From Psilocybe cubensis (Eukaryota), in NCBI GenBank assembly GCA_017499595.2, contig CM039004.1, positions 2,976,001 to 3,040,000 of the forward strand: a stretch of DNA of 64,000 nucleotides. Direction: 5' to 3'. The number at the start of each line of letters is the position of its first letter. Within the stretch, counting starts at the first letter, position 1. Below are positions 1-14,086 of the stretch, piece after piece. Position numbers and translations under genes: made by a program. The notes below the pieces were generated by a model that was not told the DNA's origin, did no database searches, and saw only the letters and a list, made by a program, of their open reading frames with translations.

Positions 1-3000
1 TAGTGCGTTCTTTCGGAGACATTGCACTCAGTCGGATGGATCAGAATCCAGATCGATGAACACATGTAAATCACGCGAGCAACTCAACCCGATGGATGGA
101 AAAGGAACGTCGATTCTCCCGTCTCTCGCGAACTGAAGGGGATATCCGGCATTGCTAAGAAGACAGAATAAGTATGACATGAGAAAAATTCAGACATGCA
201 CCTAAGGACAGTCAGTCATACTTTAAATCCACAAGAGCTGGTCTAGCACGGCCGGGCGCTCACCCATTTGGTCCAACCCTGAAAGGTCGGAAAGAGTATA
301 TTATTTTCCGTTGAGTGAACTAAGTATGCAATGTATTAAATCATGTGTGGGGCTACAGTGTACACGGTAGCCTCATGGGCTCGAGTAACGGCCTCATCAA
401 CTGAAAGGTGGAGTGTAGTTCAATGTGATAACGGTATATTCACAAGCTGACCGAACTCTAACTCGCTGCTGCAACCGGGTAATGGTGGATCACCCACATG
501 AATAGCAGAAACTCACCAAACCGACCCTCATGTCACTACATGAGCCATGCTTATTGAGCAGAGTAAAAAATATCGTGATAGCGTAGAAACCAGGGCTCCA
601 GCTGAACTGGCAAACAATTTTAACATCTCGGTGGCTCATCCCACGCCATTGCAAGCTTATGATTACCGTCCTAAGCGTTTGTATATCTCAATACACATTG
701 CCTCACGGATCAGGCAAATGAGATGCAACAGCACCGGCCACGTTCCAAAAGCAGGATGATATCAGTCTGCACTGTGTTAGAAAATACCGCGCGATGGGCG
801 GTGAGCCAAATGGACACAGGCAGCGATGGAATGCAAAGCGACATTGACAACTGCTCAGTATTATTAGATATCGATGGATACAGAGCCAGCGATATGTTCC
901 AAAACGCATCTATACTTACCTACAGACTACACATTCGCGCGATGCGCGGTCGGAACTCACCCTGCAGATCATCATTCAGTAGCATTTGTGTGTTGGGACA
1001 CAGGTAAAATGAGGTTTGTGTCTTTGCATATGCTCACATCCGAGTGGACGAGAAGCTAAGGCAGTGCATGTGTATATGTACGTGAAGCTAGAATCAAGAG
1101 AGAATGTGGGCTGAGTAAACTTTGACCACAGTATGGATTTTGAATTGAAAGGGATCATACACTGGGGCCAGCGTGAACACTGGTCGATGACATATGACCT
1201 GACTTAATTCAGAAATTCTGCAGGGTTGTCGAAGGAAGGAAAAACATGGGGCTTTTGTATGATAAAATCACGTTATAAATTACTCATCTTGCCCTACAAC
1301 TTGAAGTTGAAGTCGATCGATGTATGGTATTAGGGCATTCAGTTATGTATCCATCATAAATTCCCCGGGTCATACAGGGGAAGTTATTCCAAAATTTGCT
1401 TTGAACAACAAATTGTGGAGTTCAATTTTTCAATTGCAGATGGTACCCACTCCCTACTGCCATTGAACGCAAATCAAAATGTTCAAGTTTATGCTTTTGG
1501 ATATTCAGAGGACTTTCTCACAGCCAAGCCAATTACAATACAAGCCTCCACAAGCAGACTTTTCAACACCTACAGGAGATTGTGTCTATCCACAGGCACC
1601 ACCTCCTGCGGACCACTGTTGGATCCGTGACGGGTGCCTAGGTTGCTGTCAGGTCTATTAACTTTGTTTACTGCAAGAAATATAGCACAGCCCGGGATTT
1701 AATAATCAACAAGGAAAGGGATGTGGGTCGCTTCCGGTGGCAAAGGTTATTTTTTCCAGGACTGTAACTTGGCAAAACGAACGTGAGACGGAATGCCGGA
1801 AGTATCAAGAGGAGATAAAAGCGTTCTTCCATGGACATTCCAGCCACCGATCGCAGTGGACTCGTCTGCCAAAAGTCACAACAAAGTCTGTTCCTAAGCC
1901 ATACTGAGGTCAATAGGATGTTCTAGGTAATTCAATATTAGACATATGCCAGATGTCGTGGAGGGAAGGGGGAAACCCCTGGTAGATGAGTTGATCGTGC
2001 TGATACAATTGTCTGGAAGAAGTAGACCGCCTTGACATTCTGACAGCCAGCGAAAGAATGCGGGGAAATGGCGTTTTAGAGACCGTGCTCCAGTGCGGCT
2101 CCGAAAACATAGGAAGGTTGCTGACCGCATGAGAAGGGCGTTGTGACGAAGGGCCTAGAGCGATTGCTTGGCATACCATCCAATTACAGTAAGTTGGAGA
2201 ACGCCAACGATCATAGACAAGCCAGTGCACTGTAGGAGTTAGCATGAAGTAAATCCTTGTACATGGATGATATCCCTAGATTGAAGTATGAGCTACAGTC
2301 CCAAGCATAGAGCAAACGGAGATGATGTTACAAATCAAAACACCAGAGCGCAGCAGCCAGCTGGAGCGGAGTTTGAGAGAATTGAGCTCAGATGCTCTTC
2401 AACAGAAACAGATGACCTGCAACATTCAAAAAAAGAGCTAGATGTTATGGTACCATGGCCAGGAATAAGAGATTGGAACGGAGCGACGGCATGTCAAGCT
2501 GACCCTTCATGACCCGAGATGTTTTCACACTCTGATTCTGTTCAAAGCGCAAGTACGTATGTCCCCGTCGACCACTGTGGGTATAATGTGGGCTGTCTGG
2601 CCCCATGCCAGACATCGTAGAAATGGGAAACCGTCCCGACCCAACGACCTCAAACCAAGTCACAGAATAATTGCAGGTGTCCCTCTCGGGAGGGCTTCAA
2701 AGGAGACATCGAAGAGAAACTGTTCCATGTGCATCATGGTTAAAGCCTAAGGAGAAAATATCAACTTGGGAGAAATCCCTTTGGAACATGTGAGGAGTTT
2801 ACTTCTTGGCGTGGGTGCATCCATTATTTTGGTCAGCTCCGCTAAAAATCTTCAAATTTCTATATCGTTAAAGTTTCAAGTATGAATAACCCCAAAAAAT
2901 CAGATGGAGCTGGGATGCAGATTCTGGAAAAAATTGTGCGTTAGCTGGTTCTGCTGTCTGCCAAAATGATTCCTTACCTGCAGAAGTCATTAGATTTGTC

Positions 3001-6000
3001 AATTGCAAACGTTGGTTCTTAAATATCAGACAACAGGCATACCAAGAGAGGATCTATAAAGGTCCAGATAAATAACTCAAATACGGAAATGATGCTGTAG
3101 GAGAGATTACCATACCAGTACCAGAAAGCATCGTTTTCGGACTCCGAATCACAAAATTGGTCCGAGGAGTGGACCCGCGAGAACAAACACGGGTACAGGT
3201 GCCTTTTATAGGATTATATGCCTCACACCTGAAGCAAGCTACGGTAAAAATTCAGGTCGATGTCATTGCTCAGTTGGCGATAAAAATTATCCTGAGTCAT
3301 CATATATAACAGTTATAATGTCATATTTGACAGACTCAAGCGAATCTTTCTACTTGGACTGAACGGACAACATTCGATCGGCTCGCTAAAGACGTACAAA
3401 TTATTATTTCCATCGTTTTTTGCTGAATAACAGATTTTTATTTCTCTCTAGTGAGGTTAGCTAGATATCAACCTTTTTATTGCATAGTAAAGCATTTTAT
3501 TATAATGGTTGTACCATGGGTTCGCTTGCTGGAGCCTAAGCGCGACTCGGAAAGGCATAACCGTGTCCTGTGATAATATCCGTCGACGTGTGAATAATCT
3601 CTGCACGACAGTAGTCTACATAGCTTATGCATACAGAATGCAGAATGCAGGGTAAAGACGTCGAAAGAGAAACCAATTGTTCGGGTCACGGCTGTAAAGA
3701 ATGGTTGACACCCTCCTCAATCGTGCTGGGCATAACCAAGGCATAAGTCACTAATTCACAAGAAAATGTTCACATGGCCGACATCTTTAGCATTATATTC
3801 GGTTAAATTGGTGGAATAAATAGATACTCTGGAAAGAGCTTTAGTGGACAAGTGGAGCATGAGCCATGATTCATGTAAGTCTCAGACAACATTTCAGGAA
3901 GAAACAAACCATTTGCTTATTGTGACATATAGAGCATTGATTCAGCATTCCAGCTTGACTTCCGAGCGTTGGTAACATTCTATGCATCGGTACAAAACCC
4001 AAGATACCTTGGGTAAATCGCATAGTCTGCATGTTCTAAGTGTGGTTACACGTGCTTAACTCCGGTTTCTCTGAGACAAAACGGATCATCAACGACGTAA
4101 CGGTTGAACAAATCGATAACCCACAGCGCAACCAAGCAAAGCACATTTCACTGGTACTCTTCATTTTTGGAGATCTTCCCACCTCTTATTCATAGTGTGA
4201 GGTCAACGCAGTTACTTGGATCCGAACTTATCCCAAAGGAATACGGTATCCCAGTCAGAGGTTCTCGTGAGAAGAAGCTATGCTCGATGCAGAGTGCATG
4301 TCCGATAGCACTGGAAGGCGTCGCAAAATGTACATGAAAAGCTAACCCTGTGAGCTTCACCAGTTATCACACCCGCACGGAGAAATTGCGCCAGAAGCTG
4401 CAGGATTATAATAAGACGATACACTTCTTACTACCTGCTTGTTTCATCGATCTATAATAATTTTTGGTGAACGGACTTACCAGGAGCTACTGATATTGAT
4501 AATCGAGGGAATCCATGAGACGCACACAGTAAGTAACGACGATCGGGAGGAAAACCAAGAATTTCTTTTCTGTGGTCGTTTAGAACCTTCGAACCGGCAG
4601 TACAATACCCAGACGCACAATCATTGCCCATCATAGGCAGATGAATCATGATGCAAAGCCCCAGCGTGCGATCTGTGAAGTCTTCCAGAATGGCATCCAA
4701 ACATACTTAGTAGAAAGGGGTATCATACCGAACATCAGTCCCATCGCATGACTATGGAGAGTCTCAAGGTGACCCAAGACATTCACAATCATACCATACG
4801 ATGGGCCGATTATGATTCCAGATATGATGATGAAGCCCTTTCCCACCAAAAGAAGACATTCCAAGCACGCAGAGAAGTAGCTCATTGGTCTTGACCCAAA
4901 GAAGAGATTCACGCTCGACTTGGCTTAAGTCCGAGTATTCGTGTCAACAGAACATGATGCTAGTGGGTGATGATCACGATCACAGGAGTAAGCAGCGTCT
5001 GCCATCTGGCCGTCGTCACTGTGCAGCATGCCGAGTCCAAGATTAACCTGGAACATGACATGAGCATGAATGTGCCATCCTTAGAACAACTCTCTTGGTA
5101 GATGGTAAATGGAACAACGTCGATAAACAGTTTGGTACAGAAGATTTCCCAAGATTCAAACCAGGGTTACACGGTGCCCACAAGGAAAGATAGTCATTTT
5201 GAGTCGTATTCCGCATATCCATCGATATTATGCTGTGTGCAATTAGGGACGTTTTGTTATTCCTCCACGCATTCGTCATACAGGCATAACGGCGTCCGTT
5301 CCGCCTTTGTGCATATATTTATATCTCGGTGCGATCGCCACAGTGAAAATTGTAGTCCGAGGAGAAGAGGAGAGTTGCTTAAATTTACCGTTGAGTAATT
5401 TCGGAAATCGAATCCATAAATAAAGTCTGGGAGTTTACTCACGAACGTAAGTGAATGTAAAGACACGGCAGTACAAGACAGTGCAAGTCCTCTTGGAATG
5501 GGTAATGGAATGGACGACTTGAGGTTAAGTTCCGGTTTAGCACTGAAAACATGCCTCTTGATCGGACCGATACTGTAATGAAGGTAACGTCGGCAAATTC
5601 TATGACAATGGATAGAACAAAAGAGTTGTTGAGGCTGGATGCTACACAGCGTATGGCTTCCCAGTCAAGGCTGTACCGTTGATCTTCATAACCAGTTCAT
5701 CATTCACCCTTCCCCGTGAGAGTCGGGAAACACCATCATGGTAAGGAAGGGAGAGCTATATCGAAGCGATGATACCGAACAAAGTTGGCCAGCGCAAATC
5801 CGATTAGGAGGCATCCTAGAATAGAGGCTCAAGACATCATGCCAGTAGTCCCACGACATTGTGCTCAGACCCAGGTGGAAGTATGGGAACCAACAGAGCC
5901 CATCTGCTCTGTTGAGGGGTGACCATTCCTGCGAGGCAGTGAGAGTGAGACAGAGACTTCACACCAACAAGGTTCTTTTGGACTGTTATCATCAACATGC

Positions 6001-6298
6001 AAGCCATAAACAAGCATTTGACAACTCCATTCCAACAATTAGTAGATATATCAGACCCGTATGCACCGTAGGTCTCACGAAAGCCAAAAATGAGCAGGAT
6101 GATGGTGGTCAAGAACAGGTTCGGTCACAAACAAATCAGGGTACCTTCAAGCGGAGATAGAGATTTTGAGCGGAGAAATTAAATTGAAATATAAATATTA
6201 CGTTATCATTGAAGTGAGTCATCAGCAAATTGTTGAACAAACCAAACTCTTGATTACATTCAAGGGTATCAGTATCAGTCTTTCCACAGCATTTCGCC

Positions 6299-9047
6299 AT
6301 GAAGCTGTTTTATGATCTTCAAGATCATATTTTCAGCAATTCATTTGCCACAGCACCTCCATCATCTGAGCTTCAGGTCTTATGCCAACAAATGATATCA
6401 CAGGTCCAACAATCTTTAGTTTCCAAGGATAACATCAGCTTTAGTCTTCATGCCGTTGCCTCAGACGTTCTGGTACGTTTAGAGTACTACAATAAACACA
6501 AGACAACAGCTTGGTCCGAGAACGATATATCAATTCTGAGACAAAGGATAGAAACTATACGTTTTGCAATCGAAGCAGAGAAACCTTTGGATCGGTTAGC
6601 CTATATATTGTTTCTCAGGAAGAAATAATACTGATAAAATATCTCTATTCAGCTCTCAGGACATGCAGGCTACCTTGACCGCTTCCAGAGCCGAAAAACC
6701 GGTGTATCCAGCGCCCCTAACCATGGTCACCACCTACGACCCGCATTCGGACAAGTTCGTCATATTACGTGATTTCCTGTTAGACGCTCTTGCGTTCAAA
6801 GCAATGAATGACCGCGAGGAGCAAGTAACCGAAGCGTACAGCGAGACGTTCAACTGGATCTATGACCATGATGACCATGAGTTTGCCGTTTGGCTATCCG
6901 GCGCTAGTGATGAGTCCATGTTTTGGATTCACGGACTCCCAGGATCAGGAAAGTCAACGTTGATGCGATATATCAGTCAACAGTCGCGGACTATGGAGTT
7001 GTTACGAATGTGGGCCGGAGGCGAACCAATCACCCTGGCCAATTTCTTTTTCTGGGAGAGTGGGACCGCGGTGCAGAGGTCCCAAGCGGGGCTGCTGCGG
7101 TCACTGCTCTATCAATTATTGGGACAACAGCCAGACCTAATTCCAGCAGTGTTCCCAATCCTCTGGGATAAAATTTGGAAAGCAGACACTCGTACCCGAA
7201 TCCAACTCACGAGCAATTGGTCTTTATCTGACCTGCTCGATGCATTTTACCGGTTCTTCGAGATCTGTGATAATAATAGGCACGTTTGTCTTTTGATAGA
7301 CGGTCTGGATGAGTTTGAAGGAGACCACCAAATCATGATTGACCTTCTTGAGCGCGCGCGCCAGCGCCCTCGGACCAAAATCGGCCTGTCTAGCAGGCCA
7401 TGGGAGGTCTTCCGCAAAGCCTTCAGCACAATTCCCGCTTTGAGATTACAAGATCTTACCACCAACGACATGATCCAGTTTGTCAACGGAAAATTACGTG
7501 CGAACAGTCGGATCCGCATTCTCATGGATGCTGAACCGCAAGCCGGAACAGACCTTGTAAATGTGGTTGTTTCTCGAGCTAACGGCGTCTTCCTTTGGGT
7601 ATCACTCGTCGTCCGCACTGTGATAAAAAACCACGGGGCCACTGTTTACCATCTCGCTTCAATACAGAAACTGGTCGAAAGCCTTCCTACATCCTTGGAC
7701 GACCTTTTCAGTCACTTTCTTCTCAGACATCCATCTGATTCTCAGCCCAAAATGTCACGTATATTTCAACTCATGCGAGCCAGGGAAGAAGTATGCGACT
7801 TCACTCGAGATGAGGACTCTAACGTTCTGCACCTTTGGGAAATGGCATTGACAGCAGGCTATGTAAGCAATGTACCCTCTGAAGCACTTGTTCATGAGAT
7901 GCCCAAGAGCCAAGTGTACCAAATGTGCATTGCAACTCTCACAGACATCCTTGAAAATTGCGCAGGACTTGTAGAGGTACACAAAACAACTGCCGAGAAG
8001 AAAATAAAACCTTCTCAAAGCAACGCCAGCAGCGCTAGATTCTTGCCGCAACGAAAAATCTCCTACCTTCATCGGACCGTGAAAGATTATCTCAGAAAAG
8101 AGGACATCTGGAACGAAATCGTATCCCACCTCCCATCCATTGACCCACACCTCTTGCATGTCCGCTCAGTCCATCTGCAGTTCAAGCACCCAATCGGCGC
8201 TCCCAGAAAACAGCGGAACATAAACGCGTGGTGGTCGAGAATCGTGCTTGCAATGACCCATGCGCGATACTGCCGGCCTGCCTCGCACGAGGCGATGTTT
8301 GACTACCTCAACGCCTTTGACGATACCCTCAACTGGTACTGCCCCCCGCGAGGTGGCTCTGTGGCAATAGACAGCTGGGCGCGCAGCTGCTTTGGTACAT
8401 ATGAAGAAAGAGCATCGCGGAAGTTTCCGGACCCCTTCTTGTCACTTGCTGTCAAGTTTGGAGTTGTGGGTTATGTGGGTACCTACTTAGATACACTGGA
8501 ATATGAGTATGAGCAAGAGAAACCACTGTTATCGCACGCGGTGGAGTACCTTGTCAATCGGCAGAGCACCGTGTACCCGCTCTCCAATCCCGAACTCGTG
8601 GAGGTCCTCCTGAGCAACGGAGAGGATCCTAACCTCATAAAACAACCAGAGAGAGATACAATAATACAAAGCCTTGCCCACAAAAACAGCCAGGAGCATC
8701 CGTCGGTTGACGACGAAGATTATCAACCCCCGCAGAAACCACCACCAGCACTGAAAACGCCGTGGGTGCTGGCGCTAGAGGCCGTCCAGCAGGCGCATCG
8801 AAAGGGCTGGATCGAGCCGTTTGACATACGTCCCGAAGGAACAGCACGCTGGGCGAGAATACTCCGCGCATTGCTTGAACATGGGGCGCATCCAAATGTC
8901 ATGGTCTCTGCTACGTACCGGGACAAAGAGGAGAGTGCGGCGGATTTGCTTACAAGGGTGTTCGAAGCGTATATGTCGAGCGAGGTGAACCAAGTAAAGG
9001 ACTTGTTTATCGAGAGGCTGAAAGAGGCCTCCATTGGACAGTGCTAA
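6299..9047 (+). CDS. NACHT-domain (fungal NLR-like) protein, ~896 aa, 2 exons (6299-6594, 6653-9047); C-terminal ankyrin-like remnants
   Basis: Walker A GLPGSGKS, Walker B LLIDGLDE, FFFW and SSRPW motifs, ANGVFLWV winged-helix motif; LLSNGEDPN and LLEHGAHPN resemble ankyrin repeats. A 58-nt GT..CTGAT..AG intron (6595-6652) joins ORF 6299 in frame to ORF 6663. Confidence 0.9.
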
Positions 9048-10612
9048 GTAATACATACATTCCTGGTACATAGCAGGCCTGGGCACAGATCGAGATCCAA
9101 ACATACCCTGTCCGAGGACGAAATGATCGTCGGATTCTGAACAAGAATTTCCCTGCCTAGGCCTTTACGTATAACCTCAAGTATTACATACTGTACAATT
9201 GACGAGTCTAGAATCTGGGTTTTTTACTCGCATTGTATAGTGTACCCTAGCAAAACCGGCGTTAAACACAGGTCTCCCCTGCCCAGACAAGCCGTATTCG
9301 TCAGACATATAATTTATATAAGGATGTGTGATTCCTTGGGCTTACATACGTTCGCCTTGCTGAGTCGAAGCTAGCAAAGGAAGGGGTCGCCCAGGGGTCA
9401 GGAAATCGACAGGGCACCCGATCGAAATCACGGTATCACCACAAGTCCGGGGTAATAGACGTTCATATTAACATAAACATTGCTATACCTTTGTTGACCT
9501 TCTTCTCGGTTGAACGGACGCTCGGACCTTCCAAGTCGCTTCGAGCGCCTAGTTCTACCGAAATTAAGTAAATCCTGATGGCATGCGTATGTGCCCGTCG
9601 TTTAGCCATTCCAGGAGATTAAAAACCCCCCAGCCACGTCAGATCCTTGCCACAAAGGTTCATCTAATCGCTAGCGGGGTCGGTAACTTGAGCGAATGAG
9701 TTATGTTGAGTAGTCTAAAAGCAGCAGCCTGACGATGAACTTGGTGTGTGAAATGCCATGCATCAGAGCTTTACCATTGAGTAAAACTCTGGTATGAGCG
9801 ATTGTCGATAATCTGGTGGAGCCCTGAGCGAAGAAGACCAATATGACCTTGGCAGTGGCGTGCAGCACTAATTCCGTCGAGGAGAACGAGGGTAAGGACA
9901 TCTCACGGCAATATCTCCCATTCGATGAGAAATGCGGCCTGATATCTAGCTCAAAGACGGCTATAAATGACAACCCACACTGAGCATTATCAGAAGCAGA
10001 TTTCCTTCTTGCGAAGCCAGCAAATAAACGGAAAGAAAAGAAAAGAAAGGTCATATAGAAAAGTAGCCTGAGGAGGTAGTAGCAATTGCAGCGTGTATAC
10101 ATACGCCGTGAAGAGTTATAACGCCACTGAGATTGCATGGAGGTGAAATCTTAGTGTGTGCATCATAATATGGTAATATGATACACAACTGTGCAACTCG
10201 CGTAGCCCTTGGGCACAAAGAGAACAGAGAGAAGATGTGTGGTATCCGTAGAAAGCCATAATGAAAGCAGTAAGCAGAGATCGAGAGGTACACCATGGCC
10301 TCGATCAACGAGGCATCATGGAAAAGCAAAGGCACATTGGTACACAGCCATGTCGTCTTCCCAGGATGCAGTGGGAACATAGCAGAGAGAGCATAAACAC
10401 ATCTTGCGCTGGTGTTTTGAAAATTCACTGAGAGATTGGGTTCGCCAGGGGAGGAGAAGGAAAGGAAGGGAAAGCAAAAAAACACGCATAATGAATAATC
10501 ATGGTTGATGCCAGTCGGAAGTTTGATATCAATGAAATTGTTCGTGAATTCGTCGTTGTATTGGAACTCAGAGCCACCAACCGTCATCAGGGAAATATCA
10601 CGAAGTTGGTCT

Positions 10613-11689
10613 TTAGGTTACCGGAATTTTGGTGGCGATTGTGTTCTGTCTTTCTTCTAGCAGTCCCTGACCCCATTCTTGTACTTGAGGGTGTTGGAGT
10701 TTTGGTATGCTGCTGTCGAAGAACGGCTGCAGATTGGCGCCATGATTTTTCTCGTATTCTAGAGCTAGATGGGAGGGACCATATTTGCGATAGAAGATGT
10801 CGATGGGAGCACGGCTGCCTACCTTGTGAAGCCATTTCAAATCGATCAAGATCTATAAAGGAATTGAACAATGACTTGACGTAGAAATGCAATGAGATGT
10901 ACCTTTGACGAATTTAGCTTCAGGAGATTTTCCGTCTTCGTACTCCTGGAGATAAAAGTTGTACAAAATATGTCCTTGCATTATAATTCAAACACGCACC
11001 ATCCAGAGGGCGTTGATTTTCTGCGCAGCTGGGCTATTGTGAAGCATGTCGTGCACGATGTTGTGCATAGCTTCAGATTCTAGTCTGTGCTTTTCGGCCT
11101 TTGGTATTCCTTCTCTCGGTGCGATATCTCCAACTGCGTGTCTTCGATTAGTGTGTCTTAGTCTACGCTGCGGATATATCACACCTTGTGCTTCAGCAAG
11201 ATCGTGCACCAAAGCCATCATCACACATCTATCAGACGGAATTCGAGGAATACGGAACCGCTCGTCATCGAGTTTTGAGTTAGACCATGATGGATCACTG
11301 CACCGACTTGGATATATCTAGTTTCGAGTCCTCGGAGAGCATGGCGAGCATGGCCATGCGATACATGTGGTCTGATATACTGGACTCGCCGATTTAGCAG
11401 ATATATACGACGTGGATACGACGTCTACCTCTCTGGATTCGGGATCTATAGCAACATCGATGTTAACACGTTGAAAAAGGGGGAATTGTCACATACCTCG
11501 TTGTCCACCCATCCCGTTCTCTTCTGAGTCTGTCTCGAACGCGTCGGTGTCAATTTTATTGATCCAAAGCGATTAAAAAAGTCAGACCTTGAGTCTCTCC
11601 AGGAGGTGTATAAAGGCCAGTTTATCTTTGAGAGTATCACCAGTAGGCGTGTATAATGGAGGAAATACACGTTTAGACGGCGTCGACAT
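10613..11689 (-). CDS. HD-domain 5'-deoxynucleotidase family protein (HDDC2 / yeast Ygk1-Ybr242w-like), multi-exon
   Basis: Spliced translation MSTPSKRVFPPLY...LERLK|TQKRTGWVDNE|IPNPES|ISDHMYRMA...|CVMMALVHDLAEAQ|VGDIAP...|EYEDGKSPEAKFVK|DLDRFEM...|ALEYE...; contains the KRTGW, DHMYRM, HDLAE and DLD motifs typical of this family. Confidence 0.9.
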
Positions 11690-13756
11690 GAAGTTCGTGA
11701 ACGAGGTAAAGGTTCACGTTCAAAACGTGCCCTTGATCTCGGCTGCAGATGTTCGGCAGAACTCAGTCGGAGAATGAAATCGCGGTCAAAAATCTTAACG
11801 AAAACCTTTGCAAATCTCACCAATCAAATGTTACAAAATTTATAAAACCGAATTTGAGCTTTTTTTAACAGTACCGTCTGCACATCGAAGTAGGTATTGT
11901 GCGCTATATTATAATGGATGAGAACAAGAAAACAATTCTCATGCCGGTTTGTTTGCTTTGCCTGAACTTGCCAAGCAAGATCGGCTGCGGGACTCGGACA
12001 AATCCGATGCCACGCAACCCTCTTTGCGCCACTCCGATGTTGACTTCGGTTTCCCAGCCCCCAAAGCTTTGTGGATCGTAGAAGGGAAACTATGCCCTTC
12101 ATTTCCTTCAGTATACTCTACATCAAACGCTTCTACCGTGCTCCAACAATGAATGTAGAGGCAGTTCGACTTTATCTTTACAGCTCTTCACACAAGCGCC
12201 CACAACTCGTCCGGGTCTCTAAATTTGGCTCTCTATTTGTCAGCTGGACCTTTTGTTCTGGACGTCGAAGCTAATTGAAAATTTTAAGGAAGGCTGATCG
12301 CTCATATCTCGCTGCCTTTACTGGATCCTCGGGCGTGTTTTTCCTATTCGCCATGTTTGAATAATCGATGGGTCTTGTTCTGTCCACGACGAGTGGCGGC
12401 CTCCCATCCAACTTTTCATTAACCCTCGATAGGAAAACAGATAGGGATCCGGGGATTATCTGATTCCCGGAAATACTGCGATGTCGACGTCCCATGATGT
12501 TCCAGGCAGCTTCCAATTCCCATCCCTAGGATAATGTACACACACATACGCGCCTCGTGGCACACATACGCACAGCACAGCAGCGTTTGGAACAAACATT
12601 GCCATATCTTTCAAAAAACTATAAAAGGCTTGCTCCCCTTGCTACCCTTTTTTCTTCTCAACCACCACCATCTCGAGACTCGACGCGAACTTGGCTTGCT
12701 TTTGCTACGCGCTACTGGACCAATGGAGGCAGCACCGATAACACTCGACCGTCCTCGGTCTTTTATATTTCAGTCTCTCTCGACGACGTCCTCTCAGTGG
12801 TTTTACAACGTCGCCTATATCGCTGGCACTATAGATGGTCACCCGGCTCGATCAGGACTACAGATTAAACTGCCATATCATGCTGGCCTTTGAATAAAAA
12901 AGTCTCTGCACCATGTCCTGCCTCGTGGCTAAAAGTGAGTTGCTTCTCTTAATCCTCCTTTCGGCCTCAAGCGTTGACACGTCCACATAGAAAAAAGGTT
13001 GCGGTGATTAAAAAATAAAAAAAAGTACGTCGCTCACATCATCCATAATTTGATTGAAACTGAGACCTTCCTCGCAGAAAAAACAGATAGCACACACATC
13101 ACCCCGCTACCCACTATACGCTGCGTGACTGACACTCGGTACACTTCGATTTACTGACAAAACCTTCTTCAGGTCCGGGGCAGGAAGGGCCCGCACCGGA
13201 TACAAGACCGATCTCAAGGGAGGCTGGCGCATACTGTAAAACCACCCGCGATGCAAGACTCAAGCCATCCGGCCAGTGAGCGCATCATCTCCGCGTGGCG
13301 AGCTACCTGGGTTGACTACGTGGACTTCGTGGCATGCACAAACGTCACATCCCCCACTCCCATCGACGGGTGGGCGTGGGTGGATCCCTGCGTATTCTGC
13401 TGCTCACAGTTAACTACCTCTTGTCCCCTTGAGGGCTGGCCATTAGTGGTGCGGTGTGTCTCGAGGGCGATAAGGCAGATCAAAGGCGGTAGGTGACCTG
13501 GACACGATCGGTCTACTCGGGGCTGTCTGCAGCAGTTCCAGTTTCGCCTAGTGGGCCAGGCCCTGCTTAATGCCTCACTGTTCAGCTGGACGTCACAGAA
13601 GAACCGGACAGAAGACGACACCGGGGGTATGGTGCGAACCCGTGAAGAGAAATAAACAAAAAAAAGTTAAACGAGCGATTTCGCATTGACGCGCCGAACA
13701 ACCAAAACGACCAACGACCAACGAAGGATATAAGGATTATATACAGTATCTCACAT

Positions 13757-13774
13757 GTTTGCACTCTTACAGTG

Positions 13775-13807
<33 letters not shown>
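13757..13807 (+). repeat. Hairpin GTTTGCACT-cttac-AGTGCAGAC followed by T28
   Basis: Read directly; also present at 31014-31065 (perfect 9-bp stem, T29) and inverted at 24750-24800 (A28). Confidence 0.9.
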
Positions 13808-13811
<4 letters not shown>

Positions 13812-14086
13812 AACACACATTCAAAAAAGCAAATCATTTTCGCCTAAGTCCTTACTCTGAGTCCATTTCTCCAAGACTTGACCGCGATTCCTTAATAATA
13901 GCATTGCAAATAATATGTACATTCTGCAGCATTTCCCGCAAAGCACTCTGAAATTAAATTGAAGTTTCGATTTAGTTTCGATGCGCTGCACCGAGATATC
14001 TTCCGATACAGTATCTCCCTTGCTTGAACTCGTACAGTGCAAACCTTTTTTTCTAAAAAAAATACACACAATGACTTCAGCCAAAT

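Noticed and set aside
1700..3000. Possible decayed F-box/LRR-type gene on the minus strand
   Set aside because: Only a vague resemblance across frameshifts; cannot be supported without a search.
3400..6200. Short ORFs, possibly relic genes or transposons
   Set aside because: No recognisable motifs or coherent exon chain.
9701..10587. Hydrophobic minus-strand ORFs downstream of the HD gene
   Set aside because: Non-ATG or overlapping starts and no family motif; possibly degraded, unsupported.
13316..13621. 101-aa ORF repeated in all three duplicate copies
   Set aside because: Conservation is explained by recent DNA duplication; GTG start and no protein-like features.
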